Source: Candidatus Sabulitectum sp.
Lineage (GTDB): Bacteria > Fermentibacterota > Fermentibacteria > Fermentibacterales > JCC-6
Direction: 5' to 3'
Assembly (NCBI GenBank): GCA_023145375.1
Contig: JAGLDY010000007.1
Span: 4,391-68,390 of the forward strand
Length of the DNA stretch: 64,000 nucleotides
Shown here: positions 10,199-20,818 of the stretch, piece after piece
Position numbering within the stretch: position 1 is the stretch's first letter
Layout of the letters: every line of letters starts with the position of its first letter
The notes under the pieces: model-generated
Told to the model about the DNA's origin: nothing
Databases searched by the model: none
Seen by the model: the letters and a program-made list of their open reading frames with translations, nothing else
Program-made: the position numbers and the translations under genes

Positions 10199-10774
10199 TG
10201 CCATTACGTAGCTGTCTGGATGGATTGCTACGGAAGCAGGATCAGCCACAAGAACTGCTGAAGGATATCCAGTGAACAGTAATAGGTTTGCTATTCCCCC
10301 GGTTTGCTCACTACCTGTGAGCTGAAAAAGCCACATCAAGCTGAGAATTGTTCTGCCGGGATACTTCAAATGCTGTTCAATGATGAGAAACACCAGAGAG
10401 AATGAAGTTGCAGTTAAGGGTGATACAACCCAGAATTGCCAGGGTGGAGGAGCCGACACGGCGAAAACAGCAATTGAGGATATTATTATTCCAGCAAGTG
10501 CCGGAAGGACCCACTCGGCAATTCTAACCTTTTTATTGCCGTCACCTCTGGTGGTAAGGGCCAGGATACCATTCCGGGAATGAGAATTGTTCCAGTTTGT
10601 AAGTAAAAGTACTGCCGGGAACAAAACCAGAAAGGAAACAAGCTGTTCCAGTGCCTTTTCTCCCGGAGTGATCACAAACAGACCAGTCAGCATAGCTATG
10701 GTTAACCACAGTCTGCTCTTGATCCTCACTGCTCTGTTTAACATCGTTTCAGCGGTGAAAGTGACTATCTGCAA
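10136..10774 (-). CDS. Hypothetical polytopic membrane protein (start uncertain; overlaps the trmFO 3' end by about 60 nt if 10774 is used)
   Basis: Several hydrophobic helices (LTIAMLTGLFVITPG, LVSFLVLFPAVLLLT, ALAGIIISSIAVFAVSA, SFSLVFLIIE, VMASLVVVFLTTTGYAF). No recognisable catalytic motif. Confidence 0.5.
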   Translation of the reverse strand: MQIVTFTAETMLNRAVRIKSRLWLTIAMLTGLFVITPGEKALEQLVSFLVLFPAVLLLTNWNNSHSRNGILALTTRGDGNKKVRIAEWVLPALAGIIISSIAVFAVSAPPPWQFWVVSPLTATSFSLVFLIIEQHLKYPGRTILSLMWLFQLTGSEQTGGIANLLLFTGYPSAVLVADPASVAIHPDSYVMASLVVVFLTTTGYAFLQRRNP

Positions 10775-10776
10775 GT

Positions 10777-11727
10777 TCAGAAATCTACCTCCCCACCAAA
10801 CAAATCAGAATTATCATTAGACTCATCAGGTGGATCAAACATCTTCAGGAGGTTTTCCGGGGGAACAGGTAAAAGGTGCAGTTCAACTATCACCCTTGAA
10901 TTTGCTCTGGATACATGCATCAACTGTGTGATCGCAAAAATGGTATCTGAGTGGGTGAACTGGTAGGCACCATCTGTATGAACAAGGTTCTTCACTCCCT
11001 GGATCTGTTCTATCTGCTTTCTCGGCAGTGAGGGGTAAAAAGAAACCTTTATCTCCGCACCTCCCATAGCCATTGCTGTAATTTCTGAATGTCTCACGGT
11101 TCTGCGTATTCCGGTCTCGTCACAGAGAGCAATGCGCTCTACACCGAATGGAATCTGCCCCAGGGATGATGCCCTGAAAAGAACAGAATTCCCCGCCTCT
11201 GAAAAGCTTTTAAGCCTGGAGTGGAGAGAATCATGTACCGGGCAGTCCACAACCAGAAGTTCAGGTGATAAAGCCATTGCAATTGCCATGGCAGTCCGCC
11301 CCAGCTCCGGAGGTTTAAGGTCTTCAACCGGGATACTGCTTATCTCCTCCAGATCAAGCCATTTCAGAAGTTGTGCCGTGTCAGAGGCTGTGTCTGCTCT
11401 GCTCTTTCCAGAGGCGGTTACAGCCAGGTTGATACAACCCCTGGCTGTCATTCCCGGAGGAGCTGTTACCCTGTTGGTGATAAAACCTGTAGTACTTCTC
11501 CCCCTGCGGGTTGTGGCTGGTTCCATACCACTGCCTGCTATCACTTTACCAACAGGAGGTGATGCTGTCCCTGCGGCATAGTCCGCAAGGATCCTTGCGG
11601 CAGAGTTTTCGTCGCCCAGCAAAGCTGCCATTGTCCCTGCAAGAACTGCGAAATCAATGGAAAGAGGCAGACCTTTTTCCAGCGAAACACCCAGGTACTT
11701 CAGAAGGACTTTTGGCGGTTGCTTCAT
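10777..11727 (-). CDS. ABC-ATPase-like protein with degenerate motifs (Walker A-like VTASGKS, signature-like PPELGRTAMAIAMAL, Walker B LLVVDCP lacking the catalytic Glu)
   Basis: The motif order Walker A, then signature, then Walker B, then H-loop-like VHDSLH fits an ABC nucleotide-binding fold, but the sequence is divergent. The 4-nt spacing to the upstream gene suggests an operon with 11731-12726. Confidence 0.5.
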   Translation of the reverse strand: MKQPPKVLLKYLGVSLEKGLPLSIDFAVLAGTMAALLGDENSAARILADYAAGTASPPVGKVIAGSGMEPATTRRGRSTTGFITNRVTAPPGMTARGCINLAVTASGKSRADTASDTAQLLKWLDLEEISSIPVEDLKPPELGRTAMAIAMALSPELLVVDCPVHDSLHSRLKSFSEAGNSVLFRASSLGQIPFGVERIALCDETGIRRTVRHSEITAMAMGGAEIKVSFYPSLPRKQIEQIQGVKNLVHTDGAYQFTHSDTIFAITQLMHVSRANSRVIVELHLLPVPPENLLKMFDPPDESNDNSDLFGGEVDF

Positions 11728-11730
11728 TCG

Positions 11731-12726
11731 TTATCTTTCCAATTTGGCACAAAGGCTCTTGTCTGCTGTTTCAAGTGCTTTGACCACACCCATACCACTT
11801 CTGCCTGATGTTCTAGGAGTAGCTCCGGTTTCAACACAGCGCAGGAATTCCTCCATTTCAGAATGAAGTGGTTCAAAAGAATCTATCTGCGGACTGATGA
11901 TATCACCTGTGCGGTATGAAAGCTGATATTCGCCAAAGGTTTTGGGTTCCAGAATGTCTACACCCTTATCGAATATCTTTATCTTTTCGTAGGGTTCAGT
12001 GTCATCATAAATGAGCATCTTCCGGCTTCCCACTATTACAGTTTTCCGCAACTTTGACGGTGCCAGCCAGGCTACCTGGACATTGGCAGTTGCTCCACTG
12101 GGGAATCCCAGATTGATGAATGCAACATCCGGGATACCATTCAGGACATAATCGTGCCCGAATGCTTCCACAAAGTCAGGTTCCTCATCAAGCCAGTAGA
12201 AGAGCATGGAAAAGTCGTGGGGAGCAAGATCCCATATCACGGATACATCCTTCTGGTGTAGTCCCAGATTTACTCTTGTACTGGTTATGAATCTGACTTC
12301 TCCCAGTTCCTTGTTGTCAAGGATCTCCTTGATCTTTAGAACAGGGGGAGAGAAGAGGAATGTGTGCCCCACCATGGTGACAAGCCCGTTATCCTCCGCG
12401 TATTTCACCATTTCTTCAGCCTTCTCTGTATCCTCGGCGAAGGGTTTTTCCACAAAGACATGTTTTCCAGCCTGCATAGCTTTCATTGCCAGGGGATAGT
12501 GGCTTGAAACGCTGGTTGCAATAATCACTGCATCTATGGTTGGATCTTTAAACACATCTTCAGCTTCCAGTGTTGTCTCACAGGCTGGAAATCTTTCGGA
12601 TACTTTGCTTAATCGACCAGGGTCCTTGTCGCATATAACTATTTTTCCACTTCTTCTATTGGCGACAATGTTCCTGAGAAGATTAGGACCCCAGTAGCCC
12701 AGTCCGATCACTCCTATGCTGGCCAT
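11731..12726 (-). CDS. Gfo/Idh/MocA-family NAD(P)-dependent oxidoreductase
   Basis: N-terminal Rossmann motif MASIGVIGLGYWGPNLLRN, then ...AVIIATSVSSHYPLAMKAMQAGKHVFVEKPFA, the typical GFO_IDH_MocA N-terminal domain, plus a C-terminal alpha/beta domain. Confidence 0.9.
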   Translation of the reverse strand: MASIGVIGLGYWGPNLLRNIVANRRSGKIVICDKDPGRLSKVSERFPACETTLEAEDVFKDPTIDAVIIATSVSSHYPLAMKAMQAGKHVFVEKPFAEDTEKAEEMVKYAEDNGLVTMVGHTFLFSPPVLKIKEILDNKELGEVRFITSTRVNLGLHQKDVSVIWDLAPHDFSMLFYWLDEEPDFVEAFGHDYVLNGIPDVAFINLGFPSGATANVQVAWLAPSKLRKTVIVGSRKMLIYDDTEPYEKIKIFDKGVDILEPKTFGEYQLSYRTGDIISPQIDSFEPLHSEMEEFLRCVETGATPRTSGRSGMGVVKALETADKSLCAKLER

Positions 12727-12977
12727 AACTACCTCCGGTTGAATGTACAGTTAGTATACCCATAGCTGAAAGCTACAACAAAAGAAATCAATGGTAAAGA
12801 GAAGAGTTATCCAGTTGCTCTTTCCGCTAAAATATTATTCATGTGACTGCTGTGTCATTATGGCACATCATCTGGCGTATATCACGCATAAAGTAATAAT
12901 ATAAGAATAACACATCAATATTATGTATTTATTTTTGGTCTGTGTTTTGCTAATAAACTGGGTAAAAGGAGAAAAAC

Positions 12978-15560
12978 ATGACAATGGAAAAACTTACCAT
13001 AAAGGCCAGAGAGGCGGTTACCGAAGCCGTCAACTCTGCTTCTTCAGCAGGCAACCCGGAGGTTACTCCCCTGCACATTCTCTCTGCGCTTGTAAATGAT
13101 GATTCAGGAACGATCCCCGGAGTTCTGAGCCGGCTTGGAGTTCAGCTTTCTAACCTGACAGACAGAATTACTGAAGCCATGGGCAATCTTCCCAGGTCTT
13201 CCGGAGGAGCGCAACCGATCTTGTCCCGTTCATCTCTGAATGTCCTTAAGGATTCAGAGAAGGTTTCCCGCAGAATGAAAGATGACTTTGTTGCCAGTGA
13301 GCACATCTTCATGGCTATTCTATCCACCAGTGGACAGGCAGCTGAGATCCTTCATGAAATGGGAATTACTGAGCAGAACTTCCTTGAAGCCCTGTCGGAG
13401 ATCAGGGGCTCTTCAAGGGTAACAAGTGAGAACGCTGAGGACAGCTACGAGGCTCTGAAAAAGTATACAAAGGATCTTACAGCCCTTGCCAGGCAGCAGA
13501 AGCTGGACCCGGTGATAGGTAGAGATGATGAGATAATGCGCACAATGCAGATACTCTGCAGACGCAGGAAGAATAACCCGGTTCTCATCGGTGAGCCCGG
13601 GGTGGGAAAAACCGCCATAGCGGAAGGGCTTGCAGGGAGGATAGCAGAGGGTGATGTCCCGGAGACTCTTAAGAACAAAAGTCTCATGTCTCTGGATATG
13701 GGTTCTCTCATTGCCGGAGCGAAGTTCCGTGGAGAATTTGAAGAGAGGCTGAAAGCAGTTCTTGCAGAGATATCTGCAAGTGACGGAAGAGTGATCCTTT
13801 TCATTGATGAGATGCATACACTTGTTGGAGCGGGAGCGGCTCAGGGTGCTGTAGATGCAGCGAATATGCTTAAGCCGGCTCTTGCAAGGGGTGATCTGCA
13901 CTGTATTGGCGCTACTACTCTTGATGAGTACAGAAAGTACATAGAAAAGGACGCTGCCCTGGAGAGACGGTTCCAGCCTGTTCTTGTTGAACCCCCTTCA
14001 GTGGAGGATACTGTCAATATCCTCAGGGGACTCAGAGAGAAATATGAGGTTCACCATGGGATCTATATTCAGGACACGGCTCTGGTGGCAGCTGCAACTT
14101 TAAGCGACAGATACATATCCGACAGGTTTCTCCCGGACAAGGCAATAGACCTTGTTGATGAAGCCGCAAGCAGGCTTCGGATCGAGATAGACAGTATGCC
14201 TGCAGAGGTGGATGCCCTTAAGCGGCAGATCATCAGGCTTGAGATCGCCCGGGAAGGACTGAAACGGGAGCGGGACAAAGCGTCAAAGGCTAAACTGGGT
14301 GAAGTGAAAAAGGAGATTGCAGATCTAAAGGAAGAATACTCCTCCCTTGAGGCAAAATGGAAAAATGAAAGGGAGGCTATCAACCGGACACGGGAGCTTT
14401 CCCGGAAGCTGGATGACCTTAGAATTCAGGAAAAGAAGGCGGAGAGAGATGGTAACCTTTCCGAGGTTGCCCGGATAAGATACGGAGACCTTCGGACGGT
14501 TACCGATGAGCTCGAAAACGCCAGAAAAGCCCTTGCAGTTCTCCAGGAGAACGGAGCAATGCTCACAGAAGAGATAACAGCAGAGCAGATAGCCTCTGTG
14601 GTCTCCAGGTGGACCGGTATTCCAGTGTCAAGAATGCTTGAAGGTGAGAGGGAAAGACTTCTTCAAATGGAAGAAGGGCTTAAAGAGAGTGTTATCGGGC
14701 AGGACGCAGCGGTGGGAGCAGTATCAAGGGCCATACGCAGGGCTCGGGCCGGGGTTCAGGATCCAAATCAGCCCCTGGGCAGCTTTATCTTCATGGGCCC
14801 CACAGGCGTTGGCAAGACAGAGCTGGCAAAGAGTCTTGCAGAGTTTCTCTTTGACAGTCCTGAAGCCATGATCAGAGTTGACATGAGTGAATTCATGGAG
14901 AAGCACTCAGTATCAAGGCTCATTGGAGCTCCCCCGGGTTATGTTGGTTACGATGAGGGCGGTTATCTCACAGAAGCTATTCGCAGAAAGCCTTACTCTG
15001 TTGTGCTCTTTGATGAGATAGAAAAAGCTCACCCTGAAGTGTTCAATGTTTTCCTTCAGATCCTTGATGAGGGAAGACTGACTGATGGTCAGGGCAGAAC
15101 AGTGGATTTCCGCAATTCTGTTCTTATCATGACATCAAATCTCGGAAGTGACTGGATAGGAACCATCGGCAGAGAGCTGGATCCAAAGGAGAGAAAGAAG
15201 AGAGCCACCGCGGAACTTGAGGCTAGATTCCGTCCTGAGTTCCTTAACAGGATCGATGAAGTGATCATCTTTGATTCTCTCAGCCGGGAACAGATCCGTG
15301 GCATTGCAGCGATCCAGATAAACAGGCTTAATGCTATTCTTGCCAGTCAGGATCTTACCCTTTCCGTTTCTAAAAAGGCACTTGATCACCTTGCCGAGCA
15401 GGGGTATGACCCTGCTTACGGTGCCAGACCTCTAAAAAGAGTTGTTCAGCGTGAGATTCAGAACAGACTGGCCGAAGCCATTCTCAAAGGGGATATTCCC
15501 GAGGGTAGCAGTATAAGAATTGATCTTGACGGTGATTCTCTGGTTTTTGTACCGGAGTAA
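12978..15560 (+). CDS. clpB: ATP-dependent chaperone ClpB (Hsp100 disaggregase)
   Basis: 860 aa. Clp N domain; NBD1 ([15 protein letters not shown], Walker B ILFIDEMH); long coiled-coil middle domain ([20 protein letters not shown]...); NBD2 ([29 protein letters not shown]); GARPLKR near the C-terminus. AGGAG RBS. Confidence 0.95.
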   Translation: MTMEKLTIKAREAVTEAVNSASSAGNPEVTPLHILSALVNDDSGTIPGVLSRLGVQLSNLTDRITEAMGNLPRSSGGAQPILSRSSLNVLKDSEKVSRRMKDDFVASEHIFMAILSTSGQAAEILHEMGITEQNFLEALSEIRGSSRVTSENAEDSYEALKKYTKDLTALARQQKLDPVIGRDDEIMRTMQILCRRRKNNPVLIGEPGVGKTAIAEGLAGRIAEGDVPETLKNKSLMSLDMGSLIAGAKFRGEFEERLKAVLAEISASDGRVILFIDEMHTLVGAGAAQGAVDAANMLKPALARGDLHCIGATTLDEYRKYIEKDAALERRFQPVLVEPPSVEDTVNILRGLREKYEVHHGIYIQDTALVAAATLSDRYISDRFLPDKAIDLVDEAASRLRIEIDSMPAEVDALKRQIIRLEIAREGLKRERDKASKAKLGEVKKEIADLKEEYSSLEAKWKNEREAINRTRELSRKLDDLRIQEKKAERDGNLSEVARIRYGDLRTVTDELENARKALAVLQENGAMLTEEITAEQIASVVSRWTGIPVSRMLEGERERLLQMEEGLKESVIGQDAAVGAVSRAIRRARAGVQDPNQPLGSFIFMGPTGVGKTELAKSLAEFLFDSPEAMIRVDMSEFMEKHSVSRLIGAPPGYVGYDEGGYLTEAIRRKPYSVVLFDEIEKAHPEVFNVFLQILDEGRLTDGQGRTVDFRNSVLIMTSNLGSDWIGTIGRELDPKERKKRATAELEARFRPEFLNRIDEVIIFDSLSREQIRGIAAIQINRLNAILASQDLTLSVSKKALDHLAEQGYDPAYGARPLKRVVQREIQNRLAEAILKGDIPEGSSIRIDLDGDSLVFVPE

Positions 15561-15571
15561 GTGTGGTTGTT

Positions 15572-15596
15572 CGTCCGGGGAGTAAATCCCCGGACG
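15572..15596 (+). terminator. Hairpin after clpB (CGTCCGGGGA gtaaa TCCCCGGACG), possible terminator
   Basis: Perfect 10-bp inverted repeat with a 5-nt loop, 12 nt after the clpB stop. No clear T-tract, so efficiency is uncertain. Confidence 0.4.
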
Positions 15597-15663
15597 GTAT
15601 GTTGAACTTGCAACCAGCTTGGTATAACCTGCATATTCCCTCTTCCACTGGAAGGGGTTTCTT

Positions 15664-17106
15664 TTGAGGATCGCACTTGTTGTTCCCCCATGGGGACCGG
15701 ATGACATAAGAGCGAAAGACACCCGGGGGATCAGCGGATGCTGGCCTACTCCCGGGCTTCAATACATCGCTGCGGTTCTTCGTGACCGCGGGCATCAGGT
15801 TAAATTTCTTGAGGGTTTCTTTTACACAAATGATACAATGCGCCGGATGGTGAAGGAATTCAGAGCCGAGGCTGTAGGGGTATATGTAATCAGTCTTCTA
15901 TGGGAACAGGCATCAACCTTTATTACCGATGTGAAGAGCGACAATCCGGGAATATTCAGTTTTGTCGGGGGCCATGGTGCAACAGCCATGCCCGACAGAT
16001 TGATGGAGGAGTGCAAGGCTCTTGATGTCATCGTTGCCGGAGAGGGTGAAATTACCGCTGGAGAACTGATCGATGCAGTTGCTGACGGTGGAGACATTAG
16101 CGTTGTTTCCGGGATCCTTTATCGTGATGAGAACGGTGCTGTAAAAAAAACAGGCAAACGGCCAATGATCCAGGATCTTGATGTACTGCCCTTCCCAGCT
16201 GTGGAACTATGTGAGATCGAGCGTTACTGGCCCAGTTTCGAACAGGTTTCTACCGTTCCTGCCATGCAGATGCTGGCAAGCAGAGGTTGTGATGGTTCGT
16301 GCATATACTGCTACAAGATGTACGGCAGGCACATCCGATTGAGAGACCCTGTTAAGATCGTTGACGAAATAGAAAGCTATGTTAAGAACTACGGTGTGAG
16401 GGAGATCAAGTTCTGGGATGAACACTTTACCTTTGACCATGACCATGTTTACAAATTCTGCCAGGAGATGATCGATAGAAATGTAAATGTAAGGTGGTGG
16501 GTTTCCTGCCGTGCGGATTCAGTGGACAAGAAGTTGCTCCGGGCAATGAAGGCGGCAGGTTGCTGGTGCATTAATTTTGGAGTTGAAAGCGGTGTCCAGA
16601 AGAATCTTGATACCCTGCTGAAGTTTGAAACCATAGAGCGTATCAGACTTGCCGTGAAGCTTGCTCACAGCGTTGGAATAAAATCACACACGACATATAT
16701 CTTCGGCATTCCAGGCGAAACCTATGAGGAAGGTCTTCAAACAATTAACTTCGCAAAGGAGCTTGGAAGTTTTACTGTTGAGTTCTTTCCCATAACACCA
16801 TTTCCCGGTACTCCTCTTTACAAAGGCGTTATGCAGGGTAAGTTCGGTGAAATGTCCAGTAATTTAGACGACCAGGGAATGCTTCTCGACAGGCCCTGCT
16901 TTGTTCCATTCAGCATGACAGCCGACGATATTATGGAGTTAAGGAGGCTTGCGTACATCCGGTATTTCCTCCGTCCTTCTTTTGTTGTTTACCGACTGAA
17001 AAACCTTATGTCTCCATTTCAGCTCAGGGCTATGTTCCACGGAGCGTGGAGTCTTCTTCAAATGGTTGGTGAGCAGGTAGACAAGCTGGTAAAACCGAAG
17101 GGCTGA
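15664..17106 (+). CDS. B12-binding (class B) radical SAM enzyme
   Basis: N-terminal cobalamin-binding-like Rossmann region (RIALVVPPW...VGVYVISLLW...VGGHGATAMP), then radical SAM core with CDGSCIYC (CX3CX2C) and downstream glycine-rich SAM-binding elements. TTG start with GGAAGGGG upstream. Confidence 0.85.
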   Translation: MRIALVVPPWGPDDIRAKDTRGISGCWPTPGLQYIAAVLRDRGHQVKFLEGFFYTNDTMRRMVKEFRAEAVGVYVISLLWEQASTFITDVKSDNPGIFSFVGGHGATAMPDRLMEECKALDVIVAGEGEITAGELIDAVADGGDISVVSGILYRDENGAVKKTGKRPMIQDLDVLPFPAVELCEIERYWPSFEQVSTVPAMQMLASRGCDGSCIYCYKMYGRHIRLRDPVKIVDEIESYVKNYGVREIKFWDEHFTFDHDHVYKFCQEMIDRNVNVRWWVSCRADSVDKKLLRAMKAAGCWCINFGVESGVQKNLDTLLKFETIERIRLAVKLAHSVGIKSHTTYIFGIPGETYEEGLQTINFAKELGSFTVEFFPITPFPGTPLYKGVMQGKFGEMSSNLDDQGMLLDRPCFVPFSMTADDIMELRRLAYIRYFLRPSFVVYRLKNLMSPFQLRAMFHGAWSLLQMVGEQVDKLVKPKG

Positions 17107-17111
17107 ACTCT

Positions 17112-18104
17112 GTGAATGTTACTGTAGTTGTTCCGGTACACAACAATTCCAGCACTTTGAAAAGGGTCATCGCGCCTTTGAAGAAGGAGCTTCTTCCCGG
17201 AGACAGAATTCTAGCGGTTGATGACCGGTCGGTGGATAATTCATGCTCCATCCTCAGTGAACTTGAGATAGAAACAGTAGCCAGTTCAGGGAAGCCTGGT
17301 GCTGCTGGAACAAGAAACACCGGCGGGTTCCTTGCAAAAACAGATTGGATACTTTTTGTTGATGCTGATGCTGTAGCTCCTGAAGGATGGAGAGAACATC
17401 TCAGCAGACGAAGCGGAGGTGTCCAGGCAGTTCAGGCTGTTTACAGCAGGAATGCAGTGGGTAAGTCTGCTGCCACATTCTACAAGAATTACTACTACTT
17501 CCATACATTCACCAGAAGGATCCGAGGACCCTACATCAAAGGATGCGGTACTTTTTTCTTTGCAGTAGAAGCAGATGTTTTCGGGAAGCTCAAGGGATTC
17601 GATGAGAATATTGCCGGAGCCACCATCGAAGACGCTGACTTTGCCGAGAGACTATGGGCCAGCGGTGGCAGGATAATCATTGCCCCGGAGATAGAGGTTT
17701 TCCATCTCAGGGAATACACCACGAATGAACTGTTCCGCTATGAGTGGAACATGATGAAGGCAAAGGCTCTTTACATACTCCGCAGAGACGGTTCCCGCGG
17801 AGCTCCCTCCATCAGTGTTGCCGGTTTCAGAGAAATGATCCCTGTACTTTCAGGAGCTTTGTTCTCGTGGGTTTTCATAATAGGTGTTCTTCTGTGGGCC
17901 ACAGGTGTGTCCCAGGGGGTCTTCATTGCAGCCGCTGGACTCCTGGTTACTGGTGCAGGCCAGGCTTCTTTTAAGTACCACGCGGCGCATGATGGCGGTT
18001 TCAGAGGAGTAAGAGCCTGCCTGTTCATTCTTCCGGATCTACTTCTAATAGCACCTGCAACAGCAGCAGCTGTGATGGCTTACCTCGCTGGAAGAAGATA
18101 CTGA
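17112..18104 (+). CDS. Family 2 glycosyltransferase with C-terminal membrane helices
   Basis: VTVVVPVHNNSSTL...ILAVDDRSVDNS...AGTRNTG...FVDADAVAPEGW (DxD) are typical GT2 motifs. The C-terminal hydrophobic segments indicate membrane anchoring. GTG start; the stop overlaps the next start (TGATG). Confidence 0.85.
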   Translation: MNVTVVVPVHNNSSTLKRVIAPLKKELLPGDRILAVDDRSVDNSCSILSELEIETVASSGKPGAAGTRNTGGFLAKTDWILFVDADAVAPEGWREHLSRRSGGVQAVQAVYSRNAVGKSAATFYKNYYYFHTFTRRIRGPYIKGCGTFFFAVEADVFGKLKGFDENIAGATIEDADFAERLWASGGRIIIAPEIEVFHLREYTTNELFRYEWNMMKAKALYILRRDGSRGAPSISVAGFREMIPVLSGALFSWVFIIGVLLWATGVSQGVFIAAAGLLVTGAGQASFKYHAAHDGGFRGVRACLFILPDLLLIAPATAAAVMAYLAGRRY

Positions 18105-19852
18105 TGAGGAAACTTGCACTTCCGGTTCTCGGTTTCATTCTTCTTGCAGGTTTTGCGGTTTATGCCACATCCAGCCTGCGACTTCAGGGACCGGCGGATA
18201 AAGCAGTACAACTCCTTCTTATTCTGCCTGCTGTACTTGTCTTTTCTCTATGGGGAACCCGGGTATTCAAGACAGATCCAGTTCAGAAAGTTATGTCCCG
18301 GTGTGGAAATGTTTCAACAGGGGTTTTTCTGACATCTGTTCTGCTCTTTGTTCTTCTATTCACTCTGTTCATGGCCATTGGTCCACTGAATGGGATACCA
18401 AAAGGGGGAGACGAAGCAGCTTATCTCTTTCAGAGCAGAATATTTGCTTCTGGTGAGACTGCAGCTCCTGTTCCAGCAGTGGACAGCCCCAGGGACCTGT
18501 TCCCCTTCAGACACTTCATCTTCAGAGAAGGGCAGTGGTTTGTTATGTATACACCCATGCATTCTCTGCTGATGGTGCCTTTTACTCTGATCAATCTATC
18601 ATGGCTTATGGGACCTCTGGAATCAGTTATTGCTCTGTTTGGAGCATTCCTCTTAATGAGGAGGCTTGCAGGGGAGAAAACAGCCAGGCTGGGCATGGCG
18701 GTAATGGCCCTGTCTCCATACTTCCTCTTTATGAGCTCAAGTCACATGGCCCATAACACCAATCTGCTCTTCGTTACCTGGGCATTGTATTTCCTGGTGA
18801 GAGGAGTTCAGGAGAAAAGTTTGTTCCCCCAGCTTCTCTGTGGATTTCTTCTGGGGCTTGCGCTGAATACAAAACCCTATCCTATCGTGCCCTGGTCCAT
18901 CACAATTGCCCTTGTTCTGTTTGTTAAGCTCAGGAAAGAAGCCATTCCAGTTCTTTTTAAAATTGTTGCAGGTGCCCTGATCCCGGTGGGTTTCTTTCTA
19001 ATTTCCAACAACCATTACAGCGGTGACCCTCTTTCTCCTGCATACAACCTTGCAAGAGGGGGCGGGTTAATGGGGTTCGGAGAGAACAAGGCCTGGTTTC
19101 CGGAATACGGAGACCATGCCCATACCCCATTGCGGGGTTTCATCAATCTGCTGAAACAAGCAGGAGCAGGCAGCACCATCCTATTGGGATGGCCTTTCCT
19201 TTCTCTTTTTCCTGCCTGTGCTGTTATGCTTGACCGGAAAATGCGAAAGAGGGCATGGCCTCTGTTCGCAGGAATTCTCCTGATTGTGCCGTTCATGTTC
19301 ATTCATTACAGTGCATCCATTGACTACGGTCCCAGACACTACTACACAGCATTACCAGCCTTTGCCCTTCTTACCGCAGCAGGCTTTGCAGTGATGGTGA
19401 AAAAGTGGGGGAAGCGGGCATCTCTCACCATTACAGGATTCTACCTGCTGTCTACCTTCATGGTTTACATACCCGATGGCATCATGCTCAGGAGCCGGCC
19501 CTGGCAGACAATTGACCCGATACCTGTGGAACTTGCCCGACGGGTGGTTGTTCCACCAGCGGTTGTATTCATGGAGGCCAGTGAACACGGCTACCCGAAT
19601 ATCATGAGTGGACTTCTTGCAACGGACCCATTCCTGGAAGGTGAGATCATATTCTGTGCGCACCAGACCGCTGCGGAGGACAGGGAACATCTTGAAGGAT
19701 TATTCAGTGGCAGGAACGGATATCTTTTCTACATGGATGGCAGGTCAGGATTCGTGGAGCCATGGACAGAAGAACTGGCCAGGCGGCTTACTCCGGAAAG
19801 AGACTTGAGACCGGACTGGGTCCCGGAGAATCTACCGGAAGCCGGAAACTAG
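18104..19852 (+). CDS. GT-C fold membrane glycosyltransferase (ArnT/PMT-like, GT39/GT83-type), putative
   Basis: 582 aa with more than 10 predicted TM helices. The first extracytoplasmic loop carries GDEAAY (the DE catalytic motif of ArnT/PMT-type polyprenyl-phosphate-sugar-dependent transferases). There is a C-terminal soluble domain. Translationally coupled to the upstream GT2. Confidence 0.65.
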   Translation: MRKLALPVLGFILLAGFAVYATSSLRLQGPADKAVQLLLILPAVLVFSLWGTRVFKTDPVQKVMSRCGNVSTGVFLTSVLLFVLLFTLFMAIGPLNGIPKGGDEAAYLFQSRIFASGETAAPVPAVDSPRDLFPFRHFIFREGQWFVMYTPMHSLLMVPFTLINLSWLMGPLESVIALFGAFLLMRRLAGEKTARLGMAVMALSPYFLFMSSSHMAHNTNLLFVTWALYFLVRGVQEKSLFPQLLCGFLLGLALNTKPYPIVPWSITIALVLFVKLRKEAIPVLFKIVAGALIPVGFFLISNNHYSGDPLSPAYNLARGGGLMGFGENKAWFPEYGDHAHTPLRGFINLLKQAGAGSTILLGWPFLSLFPACAVMLDRKMRKRAWPLFAGILLIVPFMFIHYSASIDYGPRHYYTALPAFALLTAAGFAVMVKKWGKRASLTITGFYLLSTFMVYIPDGIMLRSRPWQTIDPIPVELARRVVVPPAVVFMEASEHGYPNIMSGLLATDPFLEGEIIFCAHQTAAEDREHLEGLFSGRNGYLFYMDGRSGFVEPWTEELARRLTPERDLRPDWVPENLPEAGN

Positions 19853-20020
19853 TTTTACTTGGCTCCAACTTGAAGCAGGCCCCCAGCACCATGGATAACT
19901 TGAACGCTCATGATTGTAATTCCGTAAGGAATTCCCTCAGGAAAACTTGTTTTCCATCAATGGAATGATTATCACTTCTTCTTCAGGAATTCGTTAGTCT
20001 TTATACTCACAGGAGATGAT

Positions 20021-20731
20021 TTGCGCCATATCTGTTTCATGCCTGCGTACAATGCCGAGAAGCTTATGGAGAATGTGATCAGGAGCATCCCTTCGGAAGC
20101 CTGGGACAAGCTGGACACGCTTCTTATAGTGAATGACGGTTCCAGTGATGGTACAGGTGGGCTGGGCAGATCCCTTTCTGCTGAATTTCCCAAAATAGTT
20201 GTTGTTGATCACCGGTCGAACAGGGGTTACGGTGAAGCACAGAAAACTGCCTTTGACTGGACACTGGAAAATGGTATGGACAGTGTTGTCATGCTTCATT
20301 CCGACGGGCAGTATCCGCCTGATTTTCTTCTGAAGATGATCCTTCCTCTTGAGTCCGGTGCTGACGTTGTAGGGGGAAGCCGCACCCTGCATGGTGACAT
20401 GCGAGATGGGGGAATGAGCCAGATCAGATACTGGGGAACAATACTGTTGAACTGGGTTGAGAACACCGTATTCAGAGCGGATCTGAGCAGCTATCACAGT
20501 GGATATAAAGCCTACGGCAGGAATGCTCTTCAGCGGATACCGTACCGCAAGTACTCCCGCACCTTTAATTTCGATTCCGAGATGCTGGTGGGAGCTATCA
20601 GAGCAAAGCTGGTAGTGAAGGAGATCCCCATCCCCACAATACATGGGGAGGGTTATTCAAGCCTGAAACCTATTCCATACGGTTTTAGTGTACTCCACAC
20701 ACTCTGGCGATTCGTTACCAAGAAGATCTGA
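20021..20731 (+). CDS. Polyprenyl-phosphate glycosyltransferase of the DPM1/ArnC/GtrB type (GT2)
   Basis: Short soluble GT2 with IVNDGSSDGT, HRSNRGYGEAQKTAFDW, HSDGQYPPDF (DxD region) and GSRTLHG, the dolichyl/undecaprenyl-phosphate sugar synthase signature set. TTG start preceded by AGGAG. Confidence 0.85.
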   Translation: MRHICFMPAYNAEKLMENVIRSIPSEAWDKLDTLLIVNDGSSDGTGGLGRSLSAEFPKIVVVDHRSNRGYGEAQKTAFDWTLENGMDSVVMLHSDGQYPPDFLLKMILPLESGADVVGGSRTLHGDMRDGGMSQIRYWGTILLNWVENTVFRADLSSYHSGYKAYGRNALQRIPYRKYSRTFNFDSEMLVGAIRAKLVVKEIPIPTIHGEGYSSLKPIPYGFSVLHTLWRFVTKKI

Positions 20732-20818
20732 TCATTCCTTCTTCCATTGAGACATGTTTTAAGTTATACTGACCTCTGGTAAGACATCATTTTGTGTTCT
20801 TGTTCAAAGGAGGGTGCC

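Noticed and set aside
12727-12977. CIRCE/HrcA or CtsR heat-shock operator upstream of clpB
   Set aside because: Scanned the 251-bp AT-rich leader for TTAGCACTC-N9-GAGTGCTAA or GGTCAAA-type repeats and found none. Only generic AT-rich promoter-like sequence is present.
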